Positions 10,073-22,069 of a DNA stretch of 64,000 nucleotides are shown piece after piece. The stretch comes from Heterodontus francisci. Its lineage: Eukaryota. Under the pieces are notes generated by a model. The model was not told the DNA's origin and did not search any database. It worked only from the letters and a program-made list of their open reading frames with translations. The position numbers and the translations under genes were made by a program. The first letter of the stretch is position 1. Each line of letters begins with the position of its first letter. The stretch lies in the NCBI RefSeq assembly GCF_036365525.1, contig NC_090378.1:124047593-124111592 (forward strand), written 5' to 3'.

Positions 10073-12860
10073 ATAGCCATTACAGGTTACAGGACGACAT
10101 TGATTGGGACCTGAATATTGAAGGATATCTGGCATTTAGGAAGGACAGGAAGCTAGGAAACGGTGGAGGGGTAGCTCTGTTAATTAATGATGGCATTAGC
10201 GCAATAGAGAGGGATGACCTAAGTTCAGGAGACCAGGATGATGAAGCAGTTTGGGTAGAGATGAGAAATCATAAAGACAAGAAGTCACATGTGGGAGTGG
10301 TGCACAGGCTACCTAACATTAACTACACTGTGGGAAGGGGTATAAAGGAAGAAATAATGGCAGCTTGTCAGAAAGGTATAGTGATAATTGTGGGGGATTT
10401 TAACCTACATATAGACTGGAAAAATCAGATGGGCAGAGGTAGCCTAGATGAGTACATGGAATGATTTTGGGATAATTTCTTGGAACAATACGTTCTGGAT
10501 CCAACCAGAGAGCAGGCTATACTAGACCTGGTATTGTGGAATGAGATAGGAATAATTAATGACCTCATAGTTAAAGTGTCCCTAGGTAGCAGCGATCAGA
10601 ATATGATTGAATTTTACATTCAGTTTGAAGGAGAGAAGAGTGGGTTCGAGACTAGTATTTTAAACTTAAATAAGAGCAATTATGAGGGAATGAAAGCAGA
10701 GCGAGCTGAAGTGAACTGGCAAAGCAGGTTTAGGGATAGGTCAATAGAGATGCAGTGGCAGACTTTTAAGGGGATATTTCAGAATATACAGAATAGGTAC
10801 ATTTCAACGAGAAAGAAAATTTCCAAGGGTGGGACCCGCCATTCGTGGTTAAGTAAAACAGTTAAAGATATATAAAACTTAAAGGAAAAGCCTATAATTG
10901 TGCAAAGGTGGGAGGCAGGCCAGAAGATTGGACGGAACATAAAAAACAGCAAAGAAGGACTAAAAGATTGAGAAGGAAGGTAAAGTTAGAGTACAAGAGA
11001 AAGCTAGCTAGAAATATAAAGATAGATAGCAAGAGCATCTATAAATATATTAAAAAGAAAAAAGTTAACAAAGTGAGCATTGCTCCTATAAAAAGTGAGT
11101 CTAGGGAATTATTGATGGATAAAAAGGAGATGGCTGATGAATTGAAAAGATATTTTGTATCAGTCTTCACTACTGAGTAAACACGTAACATCCTAGTATT
11201 AGCTGTAAGTCAGGAAATGGAAGGGAGGGAGGAACTCAAGAAAATTACAATCATCAGGGACGTGGTACTGAACAAATTGTTGGAGCTGCGGGATGACACG
11301 TCCCCAGGTCCTGATGGACTTCATCTTCGGGTGTTAGAAGAAGTGGCTAGTGAGATAGTTGATGCGTTAGTTTTAATTTTCCAAAATTCCCAAGATCCAG
11401 GGAAGGTTCCTTTAGATTGGAAAATAGCAAATGTAACTCCTTTATTCAAAAAGGGAGGGAGACAGAAAGCAGGAAACTACAGGCCAGTTAGCTTAACATC
11501 TGTCTCAGGGAAAATGTTTGAGCAGGGTATTTAGAAAAATTCAAGGTAATCAGGAAGACTCAACATGGTTTTGTGAAAGGGAAATCATGTTTAACCAAGT
11601 TATTGGAGTTCTTTGAGGGAGTTACATGTGCTGTGGATAAAGGGGAACCAGTGGATGTATTGTACTTGGATTCCCAGAAGGCATTTGATAAGGTGCTACA
11701 TCAAAGGTTATTGCAGAAAATAAAAGCTCATAGTGTAGGGGGTAACATATTGGCATGGATCGAAGATTGGTTAGCTAACAGCAAACAGACAGTCGGCATA
11801 AATGGGTCATTTTCTGGTTGGCAAGACGTAACAGGTGGTGTGCCACAGGGATCTGTGCTGGGGGCCTCAACTTTTTACAATTTATATAAATGACTTAGAT
11901 GAAGGTATGGTCGCTAAATTTGCTGAGGACAGAAAGATAGGTAGGAAAGTAACTTGTGAAAAGGACATAAGGAGGCTACAAAGGAATACAGATCGGTTAA
12001 GTGAGTGGGCAAAGACCTGGGAAATGGAGGATAATGTGGGAAAGTGGGAAAGTGGGAAATTGTCCACTTTGGCAGGAAGAATAAAACAGAAGCATATTAT
12101 CTAAATTGTGAGAGATTGCAGAGCTCTGAGATGCAGAGGAATCTGGGTGTCCTAGTGCATGAGTCAATGAATCGCAAAAGTTAGTATGCAGATACAGCAC
12201 GTAATTAGGAAAGCTAATAGAATGTTATCATTTATCACAAGGGGAATTGAATACAAAAGTAGGGAGGTTATGCTTCAGCTATACAGGACATTGGTGAAAC
12301 CACATCTGGAGTACTGTGTACAGTACTGGTCTCCTTATTTAAGGAAGGATGTAAATGCTTTGGAGGCAGTACAGAGAAGGTCTACTAGACTGATACCTGG
12401 AATGGGTGGCCTGTCTTACGAGGAAAGATTGGACAGGCTAGGTTGTATCCGCTGGAATTTAGAAAAGTAAGAGGCGTCTTGATTGAAACATATAAGATCC
12501 TGGGGGGTCTTGACAGGGTGGATGTGGAAAGGATGTTTTCCCTTGTGGAAGAATCTAGAACTAGGGGTCACTGTTTAAAAATAAGGTGTCGCCCATTTAA
12601 GACAGAGATGAGGAGAAATCTTTTCTCTCAGAGGATCGTGAGTCTTTGGAATTCTCTTCCTCAAAAGGCAGTGGAAGCAGAGTCTTTGAATATTTTTATG
12701 GAAGAGGTAGATAGATTCTTGATAAGCAAGGGGGTGGAAGGTTATCGGAGGTAGGTGGAAATGTGGAGTAATCAGTTCAGCCATGAACTTATTGAATGGC
12801 GGAGCAGGTTCGAGGGGTCGAGTGGTCTACTCCTGCTCTGAATTTGTATGTCCGTATGTT
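10073..12860 (+). mobile_element. CR1 LINE ORF2 (APE + RT), degenerate, 5'-truncated
   Basis: VGDFNLHIDW, PTREQAILDLV, SPGPDGLH, NYRPVSLTSV, GVPQGSVLG, HLEYCVQYWSP; frameshifts; gtatgt-type 3' tail. Confidence 0.95.
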
Positions 12861-13105
12861 CTCGGTAATGGTGACTATGAAACCATTGTAGATTGTCATA
12901 AAAACCCATCTGGTTCACTAATGTCCTTTAGGGAAGGAAATCTGCTGTCCTTATCTGGTCTGGCCTATGTATGACTCCAGACCCACAGCAATGTGGTTGA
13001 CTCTTAAATGCCCTCTGAAATGGCCTGGCAAGCCATTCAGTTGTACCAAATCACAAAAGAAAAGTCTAAAAGGAATGAAACTGGACAGACCTCCAGCATC
13101 AACCG
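12861..13105 (+). mobile_element. SINE body fragment (same family as 61277-61645)
   Basis: aaacccatctggttcactaatgtcctttagggaaggaaatctgc...cccacagcaatgtggttgactcttaa is the reverse complement of sequence at ~61360-61470. Confidence 0.7.
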
Positions 13106-13108
13106 AGG

Positions 13109-15538
13109 TGTAGTATAAGGATGTAAAGAGTTAATACCAAAGACAATGAGACCCCTCCCACTGTGCAAGTGATGATGTAACAGTCACATGAGATAGACTT
13201 GAGAAGGAGAAGGTATAGCAGCACGAAGGATACTAGTTTAAGTGGCTTGTGGAGAGTGTATATAGTAACTGTGAATAATAAAGATTTATTGTTAACCTTT
13301 ACCGGAATTGAAGACTTTCTGTAGAACGCCCTTAAACACTACTAATACAAACACGACAACGCAATATGGTGGCTGCTGTGAAAGGGATCAGGAGAATTTG
13401 AAGAAGGGTCAGTGACCCGAAACGTTAACTCTGCTTCTCTTTCCACAGATGCTGCCAGACCTGCTGAGTGGTTGCAGCATTTCTTGTTTTTATTTCAGAT
13501 TTCCAGCATCTGCAGTATTTTGCTATTATTATAGGAGAATTTGAAGATCTCCTTACCTTTTGAAGGAACACCAGGGGTAAAGCAGAGAAATTTAAAGATA
13601 AATACTGGTCCAGTACAGTAAGAAAATGACTTACTGGCAGAAGAGGCTGTGAAGAGGCTCTGGAGACCACACCACAGCAATGGGAGACTCTGCGTCAGTA
13701 CATCCAGCACATCCAGCGGTTGGGTCTGAGTCTTCATGCCAGACGACGATCCAGGATCGGTGGGACAGTGAAATTGGCCATTTGTTTAAACGGTGCACTG
13801 GGAAAAAAATCAGGTGCAGAAAGCGATCTCAGTCGAATCGGCGACGAGAGGCGAGTACAGTGGCAGCCATTGCTCAGCCTCACCGAGGGAAAAAAGCTTG
13901 GTATTTGTCAGAAAGTGCGTGAAAGGTCGGAGAGCGTGGGAAAGCCCCAAACAGAACGCAAACACCTCGAGCCAAGGACCACCTTAGCAAAGTCTAAAAA
14001 ACGAAAGGAAGCAATATGGATCCAAAATTGGGAATGCCTGAGAGTTTCCAGAACCAAGAAGGTCTCAATCAGGTCCAAAATTGGCTAATATGGAGAATAA
14101 GGTTCTTAATATTCAGAATTGCTTCTCAACTCCAGACCAAATCTGAAATGGAGCAAGTGAACACCCTCCTGTATTCAGTAGGTGCAATAGCAGACAATGT
14201 AACTGTCCGACAAGGGATCAATGAGGCTTCTGATAAATTCAAAAAGTACTCCAAGCTTTTGATAAATATTTTAATCTGCCTACCAATGAAATTTTGAAAA
14301 GAGCCAAATTTAATAAGTGGGTGCAGATGATTGGAGAGTCTGTAGATTCTTATATTAATGACCTGTATAAATTGTCAGAAGGTTGTGAACACAGTGAATG
14401 AAAAGCAGAACTAATCAGAGACAGGATAGTCATCGGCACAGCGGATGAATCCTTGTCAGACCTGTTGCAATCCAAGGAAGACCTTACACTGGAAAAGGCC
14501 ATTCAAATTATAAGACAAGCTGAGGTTCACAAACAGAATAGGGACATTCTACGAGCTGAAGACAAGCTGTGGATGAGAAGGAGTCCAATTCCCAACCAAC
14601 TGGTGAAGCCAAAGCCAGGGAAAAACTTTGAGGAACAGAAAAAAACATCCAGGTGAGAAGATGCATGACACAGGAAAACCTTGTCAATGTTGTGGAGCCA
14701 AGAAGACCCACAGACGAGAGCAGTGCCCAGCAAGTAAAGCTGAGTGTTTTAATTATGGGAAGATGTGCCACAGCAAAATCTCTGCACTTAAAAGTATAAA
14801 GCAGAAAACCTTCACTCAAACAGCAGTGAATCAAGTACAGCAATATCCACAAGGGCAAGTACCAGGAGAGCTCTTGGGAGAAATCAATAATCCAGACCAA
14901 GATTTCTGGACAGCAGACATCTCTGTGAATGGACGCCTCATGAAGTTTAAGCTTGACACAGGGGCGAGTATCATGGTATTGTCTGACCAAGATCCTTGGG
15001 TGAAGAGACATTACCTGCAACTGACAGATATACAATTGCACGGTCCTGGCAGGACATAACTGTGAGTAAAAGGCAAACTCCAAGAAACTCTTCAGCACAG
15101 CGGCAGACAACTGGTAGAGAACTTGCATTTCTTGCACAATCAAGCATTTTCTTTACTAAGCAGGAATGTCTGCTGACAACTGCAGTTGATTAAAAATGTA
15201 GCCAAAGTCAAGCAAACAAAGGCTAACAATTCCTTTCAAACAGAATTCCTGAAGCTGTGCAAAGGGCTCAGAAAACTAAAGACGGAGTACAGGATCACTC
15301 TGAAGGAAGGGGACAAATCAGTGTGTATCTTCACACAAAGAGGAATACCTCATCCCTTATTAAACAAAGCCCAAAAACAATTGGAGGAGGTGACAAGAAT
15401 GGGCATTATCTCTCTGGTAAGACAACCAATGAACTGGTGATTAGCCATGGTTCCTGTCCTGAAGCCAAATGAAACTCTGCGAATATGTGTGGATTTAACG
15501 CGGCTCAACAAAGCAGTAGTGTGCGAGATTCACTCAAT
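13109..15538 (+). mobile_element. Decayed Ty3/Gypsy LTR retrotransposon 5' half (LTR, gag, zinc knuckle, protease, start of RT)
   Basis: TG-start LTR 13109-~13363 with AATAAA, then TGG PBS-like site; gag EQVNTLLYSVG, LTLEKAIQI; CQCCGAKKTHRREQCPASKAEC; protease FKLDTGA; RT MVPVLKPNETLRICVDLTRLNKAV. Confidence 0.9.
13405..13532 (+). mobile_element. Short Penelope-like terminal-repeat fragment inserted in the Gypsy leader
   Basis: Flanked by 15-bp direct repeat aggagaatttgaaga (13390-13404, 13533-13547); begins agggtcagtgacccgaaacgtt. Family assignment inferred. Confidence 0.7.
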
Positions 15539-15800
15539 GGGCTGGATTTTACCGTAGGCGGACGAGACTTCACCACTGACTTTTACGCATAGCCCGGGGA
15601 TCCAACCTGCATTTTACGGGTCCCTGGGATTTAATTGTTCCGAGGCAGGACTTCCACCCACTTGAGGGAGGAGATCCTGCCTCAGTAACTTGCCGACCAA
15701 TCAGTGGGCCGGCAGCTCTTAGTCCCAGCAGCTCCACTGGGAGTGGTGGCCACTGCTGAGACTGCAGCCCGTCCAATGCTATGGAGCCAGGAGTTCAGGC
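15539..15800 (+). mobile_element. End of a non-autonomous DNA transposon (Harbinger-type)
   Basis: Starts GGGCTGGATTTTAC; the same terminus occurs at ~47878 and inverted at 31931-31944; body shared with 30060-30140. Confidence 0.55.
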
Positions 15801-18568
15801 GTGTCGAACAGCAGAAGCAGCATGTGATAGAGATAAATGATCCCACAAGCAAAGGATCAGATCTAAGCTCTGCAGTGCTGCCATATCTACTCGTGAATGA
15901 CGGTGGACAATTAAACAACTAACTGGGTGAGGAGGCTTGTTACAACTGTAATGGGAGCAACACACTGTTAATTCAGTCCCGTCACTCCGCAGGTCGTAGC
16001 ATATTATTAAGCTTTCACACCCAATCGGAAAACTGCCAAATTAAACAGTAACCCCAGAATGAAACAGATCAAACCAGACATGTTTAGACAACAATAAATT
16101 AACTATTTATTAAAATGCAATCTTAAACACTATTAAGATAAACCTATTCTAAAGACCTTATAACTTATATTAATCTAACTCCCACATTCACACACATATA
16201 CTCAGAAGTAACAATAGTTAACTGTTTTTTTTATTAAAGTGGAATTTTTAAAAATTAGCTGTCTCTTAAGTATAAATAAAATAAGAAAGTGTTTGTGGAT
16301 TATGTTCCTGGTGGATGAGGTCTTCTAAAGTGAAAATAGTCAAAGGTCATTTGCGGTCTTATCATGGATCTGGTGAAAACAGTCCTTCAGAAGATAGGCA
16401 TTCAACTCTTCAGCTGTAGCACACATTAAACAGTTCTTTGAACGATGAGCACAGCAATACAAATAATTTATTGAGGAAGAAAAGCTTTTCTTCTTTACTC
16501 AGGAATGAACGTGGCTTGTAGCACCTTGTAGAATTTTTCTGAGAGAAAATAATACAGCTCCTTTTCTTCAGATCGCCTCACTGGAAAGTCTCTCAAAAAC
16601 TAACTGGTCTCAGCCGGTTTCTGCCAGTTTCACACACAGTTAAAATGGAAACATTACCATGTGACCTTTCTCTCTCCTGCTGTTGCCCATTTTAACAAAA
16701 ATGCAGCTGGTGCACTGTGTCTCCAGGAATTCTAAAACATTCTCTCCCTTGGAGGTACACTGTTGTTAACAGCGTCTTAAAGGCACGCATACTGTTTTTA
16801 ATCTGAGAAGAAAAATAATTAAAGGTCTGTGACAGGCTCCACAAACATCCCCATCCTCAACTATGGGGGAGCCCAGCATCTCTGTGTGCAAGACAAGGCT
16901 GAAACATTTGCATCCATCTTCAGCTAGAAGTCAATGATTCATCTTGGCCTCTTCCTGAGGTCCTGAACACCATAGATGCCAGTCTTCAGCCAATTTGATT
17001 CACTTCATGTGATATCAAGAAACGACTGAAGGCACTGGATAGAGCAAAGGCTATGGGCCCTGACAACATTTCGGCAATAGAACTGAAGACTTGTGCTCCA
17101 GAACAATCAGCGCCCCTAACAAAGCTATTCCAGAACAGCTACAGCACTGGCATCTATCCGACAATGTGGAAAATTGGCCAGGTGTGTCCTGTTCACAAAA
17201 AGCAGGACAAATTCAACCCAACCAATTACTGCCCTATCAATTTACTCACGATCATCAGCAAAGTGATGGAAGGGGTCGTCGACAGTGCTATCAAGTGGCA
17301 CTTGCTCAGCAATAACCTGCTCACTGACACTCAGTTTGGGTTCTGCCAGGGCCACTCAGCTCTTGACCTCATTGCAGCCTTGATTGAAACATGGACAAAA
17401 GAGCTAAACTCCAGAGGTGAGGTGGGAGTGACCGCCTTTGACACTATTGACCGAGTATGGCATCAAAGAGCCCTCGTAAAACTGGAGTCAATGGGAATCA
17501 GTGGAAAAACTCTCCACTGGTTAGATTCAGACCTAGCATAAAGGAAGATGGTTGTGGTTGTTGGAGGTCAATCATCTCAGTTCTAGGATATCTCTGCAGG
17601 AGTTCCTCAGGGTAGTGTCCTAGGCCCAACCATCTTCAGCTCTTTCATCAATGACCTTTCCTCCACTTTAAGGTCAGAAGTGAAGATGTTTGCTGACGAT
17701 TGAACAATATTCAACACCATTCGTGACTCCTCAGAGACTGAAGCAGTACCTGGACAACATTCAGGCTTGTGCTGATAAGTGGCAAGTTACATTTGCGCCA
17801 CACAAGTGCTAGGTACTGATCACATCAAACAAGAGAGAATCTAACCATCTTCCCTTGACATTCAATGGCATTACTATCGCAAAATCCCCCACAATCAACA
17901 TCCTGGGGGTTACCATTGACCAGAAAATGAACTGCACCAGCCACAGAAATACTATGGCTACAAGAACATGTCAGAGGCTAGGAATTCTGCAGTGAGTAAC
18001 TCACCTCCTGACTCCGTAAAGGCTCTCCACCATATACAAGGCATATGTCAGGAGTGTGATGGAATACCCTCCAATTGCCTGGATGAGAGCAGCTCCAACA
18101 ACAATTAAGAAGCTTGACACCATCCAGGACAAAGCAGCCCACTTGATTGGCACCCCATCCACAAACATTCACTCCCTCCACCACTGACGCACACTGGCAG
18201 CTGTATGTACCATCTACAAGATGCACTGCAGCAAAGCACCAAGGCTCCTTTGACAGCACCTTCCAAATCTACAATCTATATCACCTAGAAGGATAAGGAC
18301 AGCAGATGCATGGGAACACCACCACCTGCAAGTTCCCCTCCAAGGCACACACCATCCTGACTTAGAACTATATTGCTGTTGCTTCACTGTTACTGGGTCA
18401 AAATTCTGGAACTCCCTTTACAACAGCACTGTGGGTGTACATACACCACAAAGACTGCAGCGGTTCAAGAAGGAGGCTCACCACCATCTTCTCAAGGGCA
18501 ATTAGGGATGGGCAATAAATGCTGGCTGAGCCAGCGACACCCACATCCCGTGATAGAATAAAAAAAAG
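15800..18568 (+). mobile_element. CR1-group LINE (RT and 3' end), split by a solo LTR
   Basis: MGPDNISAIELKTCAPE, NYCPINLL, GVPQGSVLGP, MFADD; ends cccacatcccgtgatagaataaaaaaaa. Confidence 0.9.
15938..16834 (-). mobile_element. Solo LTR, 897 bp
   Basis: TGTTACA...TGTGACA termini; 4-bp TSD ggct (15934-15937, 16835-16838); removal restores the LINE sequence ggaggaggctccacaaac. Orientation tentative, from a minus-strand AATAAA near 16106. Confidence 0.9.
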
Positions 18569-18714
18569 TATTTTTCTTCTTTCTAAAATGGGGCAGTGTA
18601 AACTGGTACTGGGGAAATATAAGTAATGTATAAACTTGTAGCTTAATGAGTTAAACAAATTAATATAACTACAAATTATCATTCAGTAATATTTTTAAAC
18701 TTGAAACACAATCG

Positions 18715-18960
18715 AGATGTCAGGGCAGGTGATGTGTTGCAGCTGTAGCAAGTGGAAGCTGGTGGATGCCAGTGTGATTCACTGAAACCACATCTGCAGT
18801 AAGTGTCTGCAGCTCGAGGAACTTCAGCTCAGAGTTGACAAGCTGGAGTTCGAGACTCAGACACTGCGAGGCATCAGGGAGTGGGGGAAAGTTACCTGGA
18901 CACTTTGTTCCAGGAGGTAGTCACACCCCTTAGGCTTGGTATTTCAGATTTGGTACTTAA
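18715..18960 (+). mobile_element. CR1 ORF1 5' fragment (zinc finger / leucine zipper)
   Basis: MSGQVMCCSCSKW...HICSKCLQLEELQLRVDKLE, typical of the CR1 ORF1 N-terminus. Confidence 0.7.
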
Positions 18961-19559
18961 ACGGCCGCCTGTTTCAAAAGGCTGGGTCTACATGGAAGAC
19001 AGGGTCACCTGGAAACAAAGTGTACAGCCAGAGCAGCATTGGGGGAGGTGGTGTCTGTGACCTGAGTGTAGGAGCAGGCAGAGGGAGACGTGTCGATCTG
19101 GATTGTCTTGCTGAACTTTATTGCTTCGAACTATAAACTTGGTATAAATGAAAATGCAGGGAACTTTGCCCACTGCTGGCCTTTGCTAAGGTTCCGTCAT
19201 ACTCATTTCAATGGGCCATGTTGCTGTTTCACATTATCTTCTTTCTTGCACATATCCCTTTCATGTTGCTGTGTTCCATGTTGGCCATCAAATGAGTCAC
19301 ATATCAGCTGCGTGTTTGCACGAGTTGTTTGGGGCACTTTGGTAGAACATATGGGGCTAGAATTTGGTTAGCCCCAAGTTTTGGACATGGAGGTCATGAC
19401 TTGTGACCTGTCTGCGTCCATTCAGTTCAAGGTGGACAACACAAGCATCATGTCGCCACCTCAACTGAAAGATTATGGCATTGGCCTGAGCAGTTTCCGC
19501 TTTGATGTCTGATCCTGAACACTGCCTGTGGCCCCTACACACAGCAGGAGGGCCCAGCA

Positions 19560-20300
19560 GCATTGTTTGTAGGTCACATTGCCCAGCCAGCTTACTCTTC
19601 TTAAAGGCAGTCTGTCCCTCTTAAAGGAAAGCTGCATCATTATTTTTGTGCAATGCAAATTAGTATAACGTAAACACCAGGGTAGACAGAGGATTCCAGA
19701 GTGACAGATGCAGTGCTGGAAGCATTAGTGGAGCAGGTGAGAAGGAGGAGAGATTCCGTGGTTCTGCAGGGAGCTAGGAGACCCTCAAGGACACCCCTCA
19801 GATGGAAGTGGGAGCTGGTGGCCAGAAAGGTCAACTCTCAGAGTCTGGACCCAAGGACCTGATAGCAGCGTTGCAAGAAGTCTAATGAGCTCATGCAGTT
19901 GGTCAGAACATGAAATCTCCGACCCACCACACCATCAACACTTCACGCTGCTCAATGCATCCCCATCACTCATCTGACAACATTCGCTGGCACTCAGGAC
20001 TCAGGTCTAATAATCAGATATTCCACCACAACCTTCACACACCTAACAATGCTGCCAGCCTCACACCCACCTCTCACTGCCTTCACATATCTCCAGCTAT
20101 TCAGCTATGGCAGACACATCACCCAAATACAGTGCTACACAAGCAGTGACATTCTGACCTCTCTCTTGCAAGACAAGGTAGTACACAATAGAATGGAGCA
20201 TGGGCAAATCCAGTGGCAGAATAAGACGCCTGCATCTCCTGAGCCCTATGGATTGATTGCAATGGGGCCCTTGGCATCTGGCATCATGGAGAACATTGAC
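19560..20300 (+). mobile_element. Harbinger Myb/SANT-gene relic
   Basis: DAVLEALVEQVRRRRD and QRCKKSNELMQLV resemble the Harbinger trihelix ORF; similar motif at ~36915-36965 on the minus strand. Confidence 0.6.
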
Positions 20301-20304
20301 AATG

Positions 20305-21362
20305 TGGATCCAAAATTGGCTTCGTGGCAGGAGGCAGAGGGTTGTTTTTGTGAGTCGAAGCCTGTGACCAGTGGTGTACCTCAGGGATCGGTGCTGGGAC
20401 CCTTGCTGTTTGTAGTGTACATTAACGATTTAGACGTGAATATAGGAGGTATGCTAAGGAAGTTCGCAGATGACATTAAAATTGGTGGTGTCGTAAATAG
20501 TGAGGAGGAAAGCCTTAGATTATGGGACGATATAGATGGGCTGGTAAGATGGGCAGAGCAGTGGCAAATGGAATTTAATCCTGAGAAGTGTGAGGTGATG
20601 CATTTTGGGTGGACTAACAAGGTAAGGGAATATACAATGGATGGGAGGACCCTAGGAAGTACAGAAAGTCAGAGGGATCTCGGTGTACTTGTCTATAGAT
20701 CACTGAAGGCAGCAGCACAGTTAGATAAGGTGGTTAGGAAGGCATATGGGACACTTGCTTTTATCAGCCGAGGCAGAGAATATAAGAGCAGGGAGGTTAT
20801 GATGGAGCTGTATAAAATGCTAGTTAGGCCACAGCTGAAGTACTGTGTACAGTTCTGGGCACCACATTACAGGAAGGATGTGATTGCACTGGAGAGGGTG
20901 CAGAGGAGATTCACCAGGATGTTGCCTGGGCTGGAGCATTTCAGCTATGAAGAGAGACTGAAAAGGCGAGGGTTGTTTTCCTTAGAGCAGAGAAGGCTGA
21001 CAGGGGACATGACTGAGGTATAGAAAATTATGAGGGGCATTGATAGGTTAGATGGGAAAAAAAATGTTTCCCTTAGCAGAGGGATCAATAACCAGGGAGC
21101 ATAGATTTAAGGTAAGGGGCAGGAGGTTTAGAGGGGATTTGAGGAAAATTGGAATTTGGAACAGACTGCCTGAAGGAGTGGTAGAGGCAGGAACCCTCAC
21201 AACATTTAAGAAGTATTTAGATGAACACTTGAAACGCCATAGCATTTAAGGCTATGAGCCAAGTGCTGGAAAATGGGATTAGAATAGTTCGGTGCTTGAT
21301 GGTTGGCATGGACAAGATGGGCCGAAGGGCCTGTTTCTGTCCTGTATAATTCTATGACTCTG
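20305..21362 (+). mobile_element. CR1 LINE 3' fragment (RT C-terminal half)
   Basis: VTSGVPQGSVLGPLLF, KFADDIK, FNPEKCEVMHFG, RPQLKYCVQFW; tctatgac tail. Confidence 0.95.
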
Positions 21363-21614
21363 TGGAAAGGTCACCTCATTCTCTGCCCTCCTGTCCCTCA
21401 CCATGAGGATGCAGCAACACTCTCTAGTAAATCCAAGAACTCTCAAAAATACTCCAGAGTACTTCCAGACATTTTGCAACGGAAAAGTTGCAAAAAAATG
21501 ACCTTACCTGCAATCAGGGTGCCTAACCCTTGAAATAACGTTAATGCAGAGTCCATCTTGCTGCTTCGTGCTTGTTTTTTCTTGAGTGAACAATGCAGAC
21601 ACGATCTGGACCGA

Positions 21615-21715
21615 GTTCAGATGAAAGATCACAGACCTGAAATGTTAACTCTGTTTCTCTCCTCACAGATGCTGCCAGAACTGCTGAGTGTTTCCAGCAG
21701 TTTCTGTTTTTATTC
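21615..21715 (+). mobile_element. Penelope-like terminal-repeat fragment
   Basis: cagatgaaagatcacagacctgaaatgttaactctgtttctc...cagatgctgccag; same family as 13405 and 49419. Confidence 0.65.
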
Positions 21716-21748
21716 CTCCCTGTACATTCTTTGCCCAAATTTGGGACT

Positions 21749-22069
21749 TTATTTATTTATTTAGAGATACAGCACTGAAACAGGCCCTTCGGCCCACCGA
21801 GTCTGTGCAGACCAACAACACCCATTTATACTAACCCTACACTAACCCCATATTCTCTACCACATCCCCACCATTCTCCTACCAACTACCTACACTAGGG
21901 GCAATTTACAATGGCCAATTTACCTATCAACCTGCAAGTCGTTTGGCGGTGGAAACCCACGCAGACACAGGGAGAACTTGCAAACTCCGCACAGGCAGTA
22001 CCCAGAATCGAACCCGGGTCTCTGGTGCTGTGAGGCTGCGGTGCTAACCACTGCGTCACTGTGCCGCCC
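21749..22069 (-). mobile_element. HE1-type V-SINE, full length
   Basis: Minus strand: tRNA-like head GGGCGGCACAGTGACGCAGTGGTTAGC...GGTTCGATTC, V-domain GGAGTTTGCAAGTTCTCCCTGTGTCTGCGTGGGTTTCC, CR1-like tail with (TAAA)n. Confidence 0.9.

Noticed and set aside
20049-21023. 324-aa ORF as a chimeric host gene
   Set aside because: Chance read-through from a Harbinger relic into a CR1 RT fragment.
21990-22069. tRNA genes here and at ~32230, ~28540, ~61570
   Set aside because: tRNA-derived SINE heads continuous with SINE bodies; no complete cloverleaf seen.
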